Virus record (IMG/VR): IMGVR_UViG_3300031555_004891
Source: a virus
Taxonomy: Duplodnaviria > Caudoviricetes
Direction: 5' to 3' (one strand)
Length of the DNA: 64,000 bases
In this document: positions 1-12,203 of the stretch, piece by piece
Position numbering within the stretch: the first letter of the stretch is position 1
Layout: each line of letters begins with the position of its first letter
Notes under the pieces: model-generated
What the model saw: the letters and a program-made list of their open reading frames with translations, nothing else
Told to the model about the DNA's origin: nothing
Databases searched by the model: none
Position numbers and translations under genes: made by a program

Positions 1-1146
1 GTTCAAGATGCAATTTTTAATTTAAGTTCCTCATTAGATAAAGAAACATCTGTTGAAATGGAATATACCATACAAAAGTGGTTAGGCTCTTTAAGCTCAG
101 TAGGTGTTTCAGATAATACGATACAACAATTAGCTGCATCTATTAATGCTTTAGGTACTGGCGATGTAGAAACGCTTCAATCTAGCAATATGCAAAACTT
201 GCTAGTTATGGCTTCTAACAAAGCTGGATTATCTTATGCAGAAATGTTAACAAACGGTATAAGCGTAGATAATGTTGATGCTTTAATGAGATCTATTGTT
301 GAGTTTGTTCAAGAAACAGGTAAAAATACAAATAGAGTTTTAAGACAACAATGGTCAAGCATTTTAGGGATTGAGGTAGCAGATTTAGCTGCTGCAGTTA
401 ATTTAAACACAGAAACATTAAACAAAGTATCAGACGCAGACTTGAAATATAATAATATGTTAGCAGAAACTAACGCTCAGTTAGGTTATGTTGCTAAAAG
501 AATGCATATATCAGAACTTCTAGGTAATGTTTATGAGAATTTCATGGATGGTGTTGCTAGTAATATTGCTGGTAATGCTGTCGGATACATGACCTGGATG
601 GCTTTAGATGTAATAGAACAATTAACTGGTGGTATAGCTATTCCAACAATTTCTGTTATGGGTAGTGGTGTTGACCTTGAAACTACAGTCGTTGGTTTAA
701 TGAAATCTACTATAGCAGGTATTTCTATTTTAGCTCAAGGTATAAATGCTTTAAGTACTTTAACTAAAGGTGGAAGCTTAAGTTTAGGTGTTTGGGGTAA
801 TGCTAATGCTGTTATGGAAAGAGGTTCTGGCTTTATGGGGCTTCAAGCTGGTGTAGCACAATCTACATCAGTCAGCTCTTATGTAAGTAATGGTAACGGT
901 GATGAAATGTCTGATTATGCTATTACATCTGCAAAAGAAGATGGTGAGGAACAGATAAAAGGCGCAGAAGAAGATGAAAATTCTACATCTGCTTTGCTTA
1001 AGAAACTAATAAAACTTTTGCAAGGTGATGATCAAGATGGTAACCATGTTAAAGTATGGGTAGATAATACTGATGATATAAAAGTTACTTTAGATGGAGA
1101 AGATGTTAGAATTTCTGGTTTAAATCCATACGCTGTTGGAGGTTAA
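1..1146 (+). CDS. Tail tape measure protein, C-terminal part (5' end outside window)
   Basis: Frame open from base 1 to TAA 1144-1146; Ala/Gly/Leu-rich helical sequence with hydrophobic segments; directly upstream of baseplate module. Confidence 0.6.
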   Translation, partial: VQDAIFNLSSSLDKETSVEMEYTIQKWLGSLSSVGVSDNTIQQLAASINALGTGDVETLQSSNMQNLLVMASNKAGLSYAEMLTNGISVDNVDALMRSIVEFVQETGKNTNRVLRQQWSSILGIEVADLAAAVNLNTETLNKVSDADLKYNNMLAETNAQLGYVAKRMHISELLGNVYENFMDGVASNIAGNAVGYMTWMALDVIEQLTGGIAIPTISVMGSGVDLETTVVGLMKSTIAGISILAQGINALSTLTKGGSLSLGVWGNANAVMERGSGFMGLQAGVAQSTSVSSYVSNGNGDEMSDYAITSAKEDGEEQIKGAEEDENSTSALLKKLIKLLQGDDQDGNHVKVWVDNTDDIKVTLDGEDVRISGLNPYAVGG

Positions 1147-1149
1147 GAA

Positions 1150-2577
1150 GTGCTTTAGAGATTTAATTACAATACATTACAATCAAACTACATAAAATAT
1201 ATCCTCCAGAATACACCTGTACCTATGATACCTTTTGCTAAAAATGTTTATCATTTGACAGCTGGTAATCTTTATATTTATGATAAAGATATTGTATTAA
1301 GCAGAGTAGATGCGCCATTAGATTATGTAGATAAATGTATAAAAGAAAATACTAGATTTTATGAAAATGGTACTTATATAAATGCTTACGATCACTTTTT
1401 TACAATATACCAACCATATGTTTTTGGAAAAGATTATCCAGGAATAACTACTAGATATGTCTCAGATTCTGACACTTATGATTCTAAAACACATACATAT
1501 TTAGGTAAATATATAAGAACATATAAAGCTGTTTATGATATTAATCTAATGCCTTTCTACAATTTATTTTCTAATGAATATATTACAAATTTAGACATAA
1601 AGCATGATTATGGAATAAAGCAAGCACCTTTTCATGATTTAATAAGCAAGACAAATACAAATTACAAATATTTTAGTATTCCTATAAACTTTTGTCAAGA
1701 ATATACAGTAGCTTTAGATTCTTTAACACCAGTTTCTTTAGTACCAGTTTTTATAGGTAAAAAAGGTTGTTTGCAAGAGCCTACTAGGCTTTTGTGGAGA
1801 ATGTTAAACATATTAAATCGTGAAGATTTTGGTATCTATAAAGCAGATCATGATATTTTGATGAGTAGAAATAATTATTACAGGGATGAAACAGCTTTTT
1901 CTAAACCCTTCATTTTTTAGAGTCCATGTATCGTAGGTGCTAAAGAACCAGATGTAGCTTCTGATATGTAGCTAGATCAATCTACGTTACTTAAATATGA
2001 AAAATTTTTAAGACTTATAATAAAAGTACCTATTTCTAACACATCTAGTTTAGTTGTTTTAGAGGGAAATTATAGTAATACATTACCTTTTGCAGATAAA
2101 GTTATTTCTACAAGCGAAAAAGATATAGCTCAATTTCAAAGTTATAGAGAAAGATATTCTAATTTTAACGAATATTTAAACGAAAAGCTAATAAGTAATT
2201 TAAGTTTATTGAAGATAAACGATTCTAATAATTATGCATTTTGCGGAAGATTATTTGAGTATTTAGTAAACAATGTAATTAGTAACGCTGAGCAATTTGA
2301 AAGTAATGTAATGAAAGTTCAGAAATACTTAAATTAGACACAATCAGGTATATGGTAGCCTAGATTGAGAACATATACATATAAGACTGTTAATAATTAC
2401 GCTGATGTTAGAAATTTACAAACAGTGTGGGATGCGAACGGTTTTATAGATAAAGATTCTGAAAAATTACTTGCAAGCTATTATAGAGAATGCGAAAGAC
2501 TTGCCGAGCAAGCAAATAAAACAAAAGATCCAGCTATAATAGATCAATTAAATAAATTGCTTAAATATAAAGAATAA
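1150..2577 (+). CDS. Virion/baseplate-region hypothetical protein (475 aa, code 15)
   Basis: GTG start 6 nt after GGAGGT; joins track ORFs 1225 and 2365 through 5 in-frame TAG with no TAA/TGA until 2575-2577. Confidence 0.7.
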
Positions 2578-2588
2578 GGAAATACTAA

Positions 2589-3221
2589 ATGAGCGCTTAC
2601 TCAGCATATAGTGGACTAGTAAGTTCCAATTCAAAATTTAATATGATTGAGAATTACTTATATCTATATCACATAGGTTAGAGCTCAGATTCTCAGCAAA
2701 CAGGTCAATTTGTTGTTTTACCAACATATCCAGAATCGATTACAGATACTTTAGAAGCTCAATTTGCTAGTAGCACACCTTTGAGCAGATCTGCTCCGAT
2801 ATACTCATATTCCAGTTCTGGACCTAGGAGTTTGACTATAAGATTAAAGTTTCATAGAGAAATGATGACTCAAATAAATTATGGTATAAGTAATCTTGCA
2901 GTAGAGCTTGGTGATGATTATGTTGATACTATAATTAAACAGCTGCAAGCTGTTGCTTTACCTTCTTATAAATCAGCTTCTAAAATGGTTAATCCACCTC
3001 AAGTAGCTGTTAGATTTGGAAATGAAATCTTTATAAAAGGTATAGTAAATGGAAGTGTATCAGTAACATATGAGCTTCCTATTTTATCAGATAATAAGTA
3101 TGCTCAAGTGACTGTTGAGTTTACTGTAACTGAAACCGATCCATATGATGCAGAAACAGTTGCAGCAATGGGAAGTTTTAGAGGTTTAGATAAAACCTTA
3201 GAAAAAAGACTTTATAAATAA
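2589..3221 (+). CDS. Tail tube initiator / baseplate protein (gpU/gp48/gp54-like)
   Basis: ATG 2589, one TAG; LPTYPESITD...LSRSAPIYSYSSSGPRSL pattern; position before LysM-type gene. Confidence 0.6.
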
Positions 3222-3232
3222 GGAAAAATATT

Positions 3233-3556
3233 ATGTCAGAAATTCTTCAAGATAAAACATACTTAGATTATAATTATATATGTAGATATTCTGGCTTTCC
3301 TTATTGGTATCATAGCGAAGATGAAAAATATGTTTATGGAGTAACTAGCCAATTATCGAAAAATGTGAGTTATACTATACACATTGTTAAGAATAATGAA
3401 ACATTTGATAGTATATCACTTTATTATTATAATAGTCCATTATATTTTTGGGTTATAATGGATTTTAATGGATTGCAAGATCCTTTTGAAAAACCTAAAG
3501 TTGGTAGTCAATTAAAAATTCCTACATTAGCTGGTATTTCTTATGTTGAGGTATAA
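3233..3556 (+). CDS. LysM-like baseplate wedge protein (gp53/gpX-like)
   Basis: HIVKNNETFDSISLYYYNSPLYFWVIMDFN...PKVGSQLKIP LysM-like signature. Confidence 0.75.
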   Translation: MSEILQDKTYLDYNYICRYSGFPYWYHSEDEKYVYGVTSQLSKNVSYTIHIVKNNETFDSISLYYYNSPLYFWVIMDFNGLQDPFEKPKVGSQLKIPTLAGISYVEV

Positions 3557-3559
3557 TCA

Positions 3560-4810
3560 ATGTCTATAAAATTATTAGGAAACACAACTAGAGTAGAAGC
3601 GCCTTTTGTATCAGTTAAGATAGGTAATTACACTTTTGGTACCTATAGCAAGGAAAAAGGCGGTGCAGAATATAGTTTTGCAGAAAAATATAGATACCCA
3701 AATTATATTGAGTCTTTAAGTATCGTAAAATTAAATGGTTCAGTAAATACTTACACCTTAAATATGAAATATCAAATAACAGCTGGAGATGACCCTAACT
3801 TTTTAGACAAAGTTTTTAGCTCAGTTTCTGGTTCGCGTAGAATGATTATTAGTTATGGTGATTGCTCAAGTCCAATGTATATGTATAAGGAAGAAGGTGC
3901 AACTATAACTGATGTTAGATAGAATTTAGATTTAAGTAGCTCAAGTATAAGTTATACAATAACAGCTATTAGTGATGCTTTAACTCTGCAAGCTGGTACT
4001 TTTTCATTTGGTTCCAGAACAATGAAACCTAGTGATAAAATAAAAGAATTACTATATAATAATATCTATGGTATTTTAGATGTATTCTATGGGATGAGAG
4101 ATAAAGATTTAGTTATCAGTAATAATTTAATAGCTGGTGATGATAAACCGGTTAAGCTGGAAGCAAAAACTGGTGTAACAATATGGGATTATCTAAATTA
4201 CTTAGTTTTATGTATGCAGCCAAGCAGTGATAATCAAAATTCTAATATTACTGGCGCTCGATATGTTTTAACTGTTAATGATGATTACTCAGGTGTTTTT
4301 GGTGGTCCTTATTTTTAGGTATTTAAATTAGAAACTAGTCAAAAATAGATAAATTCTTTAGATACATATGAAATAGATATAGGTTTCCCATGCATAGATG
4401 CTGTATCTAGCTTTTCTATAGATGATGATTAGACCTATTCTATTCTATATAATTACTCTAAAAAAATGAATCAGTCAGATTATGTCTATAGAATAAACAA
4501 TGATGGTATTATAGAATCTATATATTCCCCTTCTATATCGAATAACTCAAAAGAATTTAAAACAACTCAAGTAGATAAGACATGGTGGACATAGGTAACT
4601 CAATATCCTGTTAAAGCAACTTTAACAGTAAAAGGTTTATTAAGGCCATCAATGCTTATGTCTTACATAAAAATAAACACATATTTTTATGGCTAGAAAC
4701 ATAACAGCAGTGGGTTATATACAATAACAAAATAGACAGATAATATATCAAAAGATGGGTTTAAGACGACCTTATCATTAATAAGAATTGGAAGCGATTC
4801 GGAGGTTTAA
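3560..4810 (+). CDS. Baseplate hub protein (gpD/gp27-like), 416 aa code 15
   Basis: 7 in-frame TAG, ends TAA; C-terminal SGLYTITKQTDNISKDGFKTTLSLIR typical of hub proteins; synteny. Confidence 0.65.
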
Positions 4811-4811
4811 T

Positions 4812-5240
4812 ATGCTAACTAGAGCTATAGTTGAAAGAGTGCTATCTGAGTATACTTATAAAGTTAGAATTCCTATTTTTGATAGGATTTAGGGAGATGC
4901 AGAACACACAGATTTTGCTAACTTAAGAGAAGCTGTAGCTTGCGTCCCTAAAGGGATTAATAATAGCATAAACGAGGGTGATATTGTTTTTGTTATGTTT
5001 GAAAATAATAGTATGACTGACTTAGTAATTATTGGTCAGCTATATAGAGAAGCCATAACAAACATACCTGATAGTGCTATTAATTGTAGAGCACTAAATG
5101 TAAGCGAAAAAGTACAATTACCAAAAGATATTATGATTGGAGAAATCGATTACTCAAAATTATTTATGTTAGCAAACTTAACGTCTGATGTATAGGCTTA
5201 GCTAGATGATCTAGCAGCTAAAATCGATGCTCTAAAATAA
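4812..5240 (+). CDS. Baseplate spike (gp5/gpV OB-fold-like)
   Basis: ATG 4812, 3 TAG, TAA 5238-5240; YKVRIPIFD...EGDIVFVMFENN...IIG pattern; synteny. Confidence 0.6.
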
Positions 5241-5250
5241 GGGGGTATAA

Positions 5251-5625
5251 ATGAACTCAATAGCCTTTCCAGAAATGTTTAGTTCTGCTAGTACAAATCT
5301 GGTATATGATAGAGAAGCTACTGCACAAAATCTGCTATTGCTTTTAAAATCGGATAAGACGAGTTTTTTCGGAGATCCATATTTTGGTACAACATTAAAA
5401 AGATTAATTTTTGAACAAAACAATACTGTGTTGCGAGATTTAGTTATAGATACTGTTTACTCGACTATTGCTACATATATGCCTTAGATAAAAGCAGATA
5501 GAAAAAATATAACAGTTACATCGGATGGAACAACACTTTATTGCAATATAAAAGCTACAAACATGATCGATTTTAATTTAGAAGACATGAATCTAGCTTT
5601 ATTTAATTTAGAGGAATTAGGATGA
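5251..5625 (+). CDS. Baseplate wedge subunit gp25/gpW-like
   Basis: NLLLLLKSDKTSFFGDPYFGTTLKRLIFE motif; reads through TAG 5485 to TGA overlapping next ATG. Confidence 0.75.
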
Positions 5626-8600
5626 AACATACAAATATAAACATCAATTCTTTATCTTACACAAATAAAGATTTTAGAAATGTCATGGAAGAGCTTTTAG
5701 CTCTAGTTCCTGAGCTTACTAGCAGATGGAATCCAAATGACTCTAATGAATCAGACCCTGGTGTAGCATTATTAAAACTTAAAGCATTTATTGCTGATAA
5801 ACTAAACTATAATATAGATAAAAATGTTTTAGAGAATTTTCCTACATCTGTCACTCAGAGAGGTAATGCTCAAAAACTTTATGACCTTTTAGGTTATGAC
5901 ATGCAGTGGTATAGATCAGCCACTGTTCCTGTTGTATTTAAGTATGTGCAAGGTGAAAATCTCGAAGAAATAAAAGAAAATTCGAGTGATATTTTATACA
6001 AAATACCTAGATTTACAACCTTGAAAGATGATACAGGCTCTATAGTCTTTACTCTTCTACAGGATGCTATTATAGAAAGTTCTGGAGAATCCACTACAGA
6101 TATAGAAGTTCTAGCTATGGAAGGACCTATACAATCTTACACAATAAATGGGCAAGAAAAAATTACAATACAGAATTTAGATTCTGATTATAGATTATAT
6201 TTTACAGAATCTATGGTTGCATAGAATGGTATATTTATTTCAAATGATCCTACTATGCAAGATTTATGGACTAGAGTATCAAACTTAGAGACATCAGGTT
6301 TAAATACTAAAATATATAAATTTGGTGTTTTACCTAACTCTAATACTTGCTACGTAGAATTTCCTCAAGACGCTGCTAATATTTTCGGTGGTGGTATTTA
6401 TATCAAATATATATTATCTACTGGTGCAGCTGGTAATATAAGTTTAGGAACACTTACAAAATTACAATATAGCTTGATGGCTAAGGGCGGTATTGATGGT
6501 GTTTATTATCTAAAAAGTGATGGTAGTTACAGTGCAAGTAGTGATGAGATTGATCTATCTTTATTTACTCAAGTCACTAATTATCAAAGCGCTACTAATG
6601 GTTCTAATCCAGAAACTTTAGAAGAAGCATATAGAAATTATAGACGTACTATTGGTACCTTCAATACTTTAGTAACTACAAAAGATTATGAGTCTGCTAT
6701 ATATAATTCTGGAGCAGTATCTAACGTCGTTGTTTCTGACAGAACAGATGATCATGAAAGATCCTATAAAGTAAAAACTTTTGATATTAATGGTAAGAGT
6801 GAGCGTCTAGTTAACGTTAATGTAGAAGATACAAGTAAAGTATTGATGAATGCGTTCAACTTAGTAGTATATGCTTTAGATAATGCTACGTCTGTAAGTA
6901 CTGCTGATAATTATAACACAACATTTAAAACAAAGAATGATACAATGCGTCTAGCTCAAAAATCAATAGATGATTGTAAAGCTATTTAGCATGATTGGAT
7001 AAATAATAGTTAGTAGACAACCTTCCTATATAAAAATCTATATGAATTAAGCGGTAAAATATTAACTTATCAAAAAATATCTTCTATAGAAGCTAAAGAA
7101 ATAGAGCAAAATGTACAAAAAGCTTTATATAAAAAGTATAATAGTAGAAATATAAATTTCGGGGAAGCTTTAGTTTACGAAGAAATAGTTAAAACAGTAA
7201 AATCTGCTGACCAACGTATAAAAGAATTTTTGTTAGATGAACCAACGATAAATACTTATAGCATGACCGCTGTAGAGAATGGTGGTAGCAATGAAGACTT
7301 GCAAGCATCTCCATTGTCAAGAGATCAAAAAATAGATATAATAGCTAAATCTATATTAGCAGGTGTAACACCATATTGTATATTTGACGACTCTGCTTCG
7401 TTAGATTTCTTTATGCAACCAGCTGAGAAGTATGCAGTTAATGCTGGAAAGGTTGAAAAAGTTACAAATACAATGTGTGATGCTGCTTCATCATATATTC
7501 AAAATATAGCTACAGTTACTACTGGTGTTAATATGAATGTAACAACTGGTGATAGAAAGTTGCTTAAAAATGAAACAGTACAGCTTTATGCACCAAATTT
7601 TGTTACTATAAAAACCTTATCCACATATTTATATGTCGCTTTTAAAACGCTTGATTCTAATAAAACAATATTAAAAAATAGCATCTATCAACTCAGAGAT
7701 AATGAATATGTATATGCTGCGGAAAACAAAAATGACCTTTTAAGTATGCTTGGTGTAGCTATAACTAATGGAACAACCGCAGGATTATCTACTTATACAT
7801 TTGGTCCAGGAAAAATAATTAAAACATCTTTTGATCTTCCAGCATATGGTGGAAATGAGTCAAACATAAAAAATCTTGAAACAACAAATACTATAGAAGT
7901 TTAGGAAGAAAATGCTGTTATATTAAACAATAAAGAAAAAGCAATATATGCTTGCTGGTCATTAAATGAGTCTGATAATGAGTTATTTAAATCAGATGAA
8001 ATCAAATATTTTTGTTACTCAGATGAAGAAAAAACTTCTAAGATAGATTTAAGGAAAGATGGTAATTATTATAAACTTGTGAAAGCAGCAAAAATTAATG
8101 GTGAAGATAAAGTTGCAGGATCAGTGATTGATAAATCATCAGTATACTGTTATCTATCTAGAATTTTAAAGAATGGTGAATATTTTATCTACACAGACTT
8201 TGGTAAATCATTCATTGCTCTATTAAGCTCTGGCACTAGATTAAAAATTCAAGGTTTAGTATCTAACTTAGAAAATAAAGACTGGACTTGCAACTTACCT
8301 GATATGTCAGATTTAAATTCTAATGGTGTTGCTGCAGATGTTACATGGAAACCTTTAGGTAAAGGTTATGATTTTTCTGTGCAAGAAATGCAAATAATAA
8401 CATTAGGTCAAGATGCTGTTTTAAGTTTTGATAATAAAGAAATTTTAAATCCAGATTATGATCCTGATGATGAAGATTCAGAGGAATATATTATTGCAGG
8501 GATGACTCTAAGTAATACACCAATAATGTTAACAGCAGATCTTCAAAAGTATTTTAAATATAAAGTAGATCAATTTGAAGATTCTTATTTAAGATTATCA

Positions 8601-9638
8601 ACTATTGATTTAGATAATAGCTCTAGTGTAGATACAGATAATTATTCGTGGTATGCTTTTTGTAGTTTACAATTAATATGTTCGAGTGATTCCCCTCAAA
8701 CCTTACAGAAAGATCAATATGTAATTTTTACATTAAGTGGTAATACCAATTATGCTGCGGGGGCTGGAAACTCAATTAAAACTAATATACCTGTTGCATT
8801 AACTGGCGGTTCGAATCAATCAGCAGAACTTTTACTAAGCGATGGTACGGTATCTAAGTCTTTGTGTGCAAGTATTTATAAAAATCCTTCAGATGATATA
8901 TTTTGGCATAAAGCGAATTCTAGTGATACTTCTACTAATGTAGAATCAGATTCTGTTTCGGAATCATATTCTAATGATACTGTTAGTTTAAGTATGCAAA
9001 ATAAAGCAACAACAGATGTAAAGCATAAATTTTTATATGAAGCATGTGTAAGTCCCACTTTTTGTAAATCATTTCTTCCTGTTTTGATACAGTCAAGTAT
9101 AACAGATTCTGATGCAAAAATTACAATTAAAGTTAAAACAGGTACAGAAACAGGCACATGGTCATTTATTAAAGAGGAGCTTTCTACAAGTGACGCTAAA
9201 GACTTAAAGCATTCTGATAATGTCATTTTTCTTAGGTTACCTGATGAAATTTTTTCAAAGAAAGATCCAGATTACATTTATGCTTAGAAAAATCTACAAA
9301 TATCAGTTACTGATGTAGCTAAAGATGAGATCATTAATGTAACATTATATAATCCAAATAAGTTTATAGATTATAGTGATATAGTAGCTGATTATGAGTT
9401 AGATGGTGGTGCTGGCAATGCGGTTTTAACTAGAATAAAGCAATTGACACAAATAAATAAAGATGATCTACCACCTTTTGATTTTACATATAGAGTAGAT
9501 GAAGGTATCGCTATAAATGATCCAACAGATCCAGAAAGCTTTTTTGATACAAATCACATCAAAAATAAGTTTGTTATATCTCAAATAAACACTTCAACAA
9601 TCTCAAATATAAGTGTAGCTAAACAAAGTAGGAAATAA
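5622..9638 (+). CDS. Large baseplate wedge protein (gp6/gpJ-like N-terminus), 1338 aa code 15
   Basis: YTNKDF...ESDPGVALL...LLGY motifs; five track ORFs in one frame separated only by TAG (6, including tandem TAGTAG 7011-7016). Confidence 0.75.
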
Positions 9639-9643
9639 TAAAA

Positions 9644-10477
9644 ATGTTTAGATTTGAAAATAATCTTCCAAAATGTTTTGTTGATAATTCTAGAGATTTT
9701 TAGCTTATGGCTAGACTAGATGATACTATATTTATGGGTCAACGAGCTGACATAGCTACAATGACTAACTTAAATACATCTAGTAAATGTAAAAATATAT
9801 TTCTTGATCTATTAGCAAAAAAAGTTGGATTTTTCACAAAAGAATATTTAGATGATGATGTTTTGAGAGCTATCATAGGTGCTTTTTAGAGTACACTTAA
9901 ATATAAAGGTACAAAGAAAGGTATTGAAATGGCTGTTAAAACTATCTTAAAATGCGAAAATTCTATAGAAGAGCCTGTTGTAAATATTGTTAGTAGTTTA
10001 GATGAAGCAACTGGACTCGATCATTATGTGTAGATATTAACACCTGTAGATATAGTAAATAAGATTGCATTAAAAGAATTCTTAAGGTATATATTACCAT
10101 TTGGATACATATATATACTGAGAGTATATAAAGAGCCAGAAACAGACTTACTTACAAAAATTAATCCAGCTAATATAGTTACTGTTTATAAATCTAGTAA
10201 TTATAATCTAGGAACAATTAGATCTAGTACAGATAATATGATAGATATCAATCCTGATATCGATTATGATAGCTCATCAGTTGAAGAAGAAACTGGTATC
10301 GAATCACAAGCTAGTCATTTGTTAGGCACTTATGATTTAGGTCTTATTGTAAGTAATGATGACTTAGATGGATCTAATAAAGGCGAAAGCAATAAAATAC
10401 CTGATTTTGATGATTACTTAAATCTTAGTAAAGATGATACTAAAAAGACAGTAGAAAAAGTATATAGTAATGAATAA
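9644..10477 (+). CDS. Baseplate/tail protein (P2 gpI-like)
   Basis: LDLLAKKVGF...KYKGTKKGIE motif; TAG read-through joins 9707 and 10238 fragments. Confidence 0.6.
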
Positions 10478-10481
10478 GGTC

Positions 10482-10514
10482 AAGGAATCTGATATTATTA
10501 CTATCAGATTCCTT
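10482..10514 (+). terminator. Hairpin, possible terminator
   Basis: AAGGAATCTGATA-7nt-TATCAGATTCCTT perfect inverted repeat; short T tail. Confidence 0.5.
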
Positions 10515-10548
10515 TGCTAAATTTAGAGTAGATAATAAAGGAAACAGT

Positions 10549-11073
10549 ATGACTAACTTGAATAATATTGATAATATATCATATCAAGGTATTGTAACTA
10601 TAAAAAAAGTAGATACTAAGTTTAATATCATTAAAGATTCTTTTAGAATTAAAAATAATGGTACAAAGCATCTTTTTAAATACCTATGTGATTGTTTAAT
10701 TTAGAATTATAATCCAAGCAACTCTCCAAGATATCTTGATGCTTCTGCGGAAAAATTAACACTTTCAGATAATGATATAAAAGATTTCACAAGCAATGTA
10801 ACAAATAGAAGCTTATTATCCAATATAGAAGTTAAAGAGAGTTATAATAATTATAATGTAATATTCTCTGGAATAATTCTGTATGATCAATTGAGAGATA
10901 AAACCGCGGGGTTAAAGTCTGTAGTATTGTTTCCTAATAAAAATATTCAAGACATATCTAAACCATTAGCATTTATAAATATAGTGCCTGAAGAAGCAGA
11001 AGATGGAATAACAATATCTGCATCAGAAGTCTTGATCATAGAGTGGGAACTGCAATTTAAAAATGCTTCTTAA
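10549..11073 (+). CDS. Hypothetical virion protein
   Basis: ATG after AAGGA, one TAG, ends TAA; contains track ORF 10891. Confidence 0.6.
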
Positions 11074-11088
11074 TAATAGGGAGAAGAA

Positions 11089-11787
11089 ATGGGTTTTATA
11101 AATAGTGCTAATATAAAAGTATTTCCAACAACATAGAGATAGACTGAAGACGCATCAGCTAGGATGATGACGGAATTTAATCTAACATCCATTATAAATA
11201 GATTAGTAGATAAAAAATGCTTTGTTATTTCTGGTGATAGATTAGATGATAAAGGATATTTTGTAATAGATAGTGGTAGATTTGAATTTAATATGTTTGG
11301 ATATTATTTTTCAATATCAAATATTTATGAAATATTAAACTCAATACCTATTGGTGATACTACTCTTGGAAACATTGCAAAATTAAAATTAGGTACTAAC
11401 GCTATACTTTTTGAAGAAGGTGAGGATAAAATAAACACACCTAATTTACATATTGTGGCTAAGATTTCAATATCAGGTAATGACAAAAGTATAAATAATA
11501 TGTCTTGGCAAAGACTTAATGGTACTGATAAAGATGGTAAATATGAAGGAATAGAATTCGCTCTCGAATCTGCTACTAGATTTAATGAAAATAGCTATTA
11601 TACGGATGACTCAACAAAAGTCTTTTCAATTCTAGAATTGATAGAGAGACCATATACTGGAGAAGATTCTAACAAATAGAATATAACTACAAAATATAAT
11701 TTAAGAATACCTGCAAATAGTAAGGTTAAATTTGCTACTAGCTCACTTAATCAATCAATTAGAATTGATGATGGTAGATTAGATTAA
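11089..11787 (+). CDS. Hypothetical protein (structural module end)
   Basis: ATG after GGGAG; 3 TAG; TAA 11785-11787. Confidence 0.6.
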
Positions 11788-11796
11788 AATAAATAT

Positions 11797-11841
11797 AGAG
11801 AACCATGGAAAAGTTTTAGAAATCCATGGTTCTTTTCTTTT
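11797..11841 (+). terminator. Rho-independent terminator
   Basis: AGAACCATGGA/TCCATGGTTCT stem followed by TTTCTTTT. Confidence 0.7.
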
Positions 11842-11876
11842 ATGACCTGTATAAATATATGTAGGAGATTTTAATT

Positions 11877-12203
11877 ATGAAACATTCGAATAAGAAAGTA
11901 GATTACATAATTTGTCCGCACTGTGGAGCAGAATATTTACCTAGTGAAATATATTATCCAGATAAATTTTTAGGTAAGCCTCATGATATAGATAAAGTAA
12001 ATAGTGGTAAAATAGATAATTTCTTAGGAAAGTCTATGGATTTAGAAGAAAGTTATCAATGTGATTTTTGTGATACAAAATTTAGAGTGACTGCAAAAAT
12101 TCAATTCAAAGTTGAGCAAGTTTCTAAGTATGATATGTCAAAAGCATATGTGACACCATTATTTGAAGAAAAATTGACTCTAGAAGAAGGGATAGCTGAA
12201 TAA
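11877..12203 (+). CDS. Zn-finger hypothetical protein
   Basis: CPHC and CDFC pairs; AGGAG RBS. Confidence 0.65.
   Translation: MKHSNKKVDYIICPHCGAEYLPSEIYYPDKFLGKPHDIDKVNSGKIDNFLGKSMDLEESYQCDFCDTKFRVTAKIQFKVEQVSKYDMSKAYVTPLFEEKLTLEEGIAE

Noticed and set aside
10470-10520. Gene starting at ATG 10470
   Set aside because: Only 16 codons before TAA and runs through a hairpin; ATG 10549 has the RBS
1150-11787. Fragmented structural ORFs as pseudogenes of a decayed prophage
   Set aside because: Breaks are exclusively TAG, frames are preserved, and RBS/overlap coupling is intact; recoding explains them
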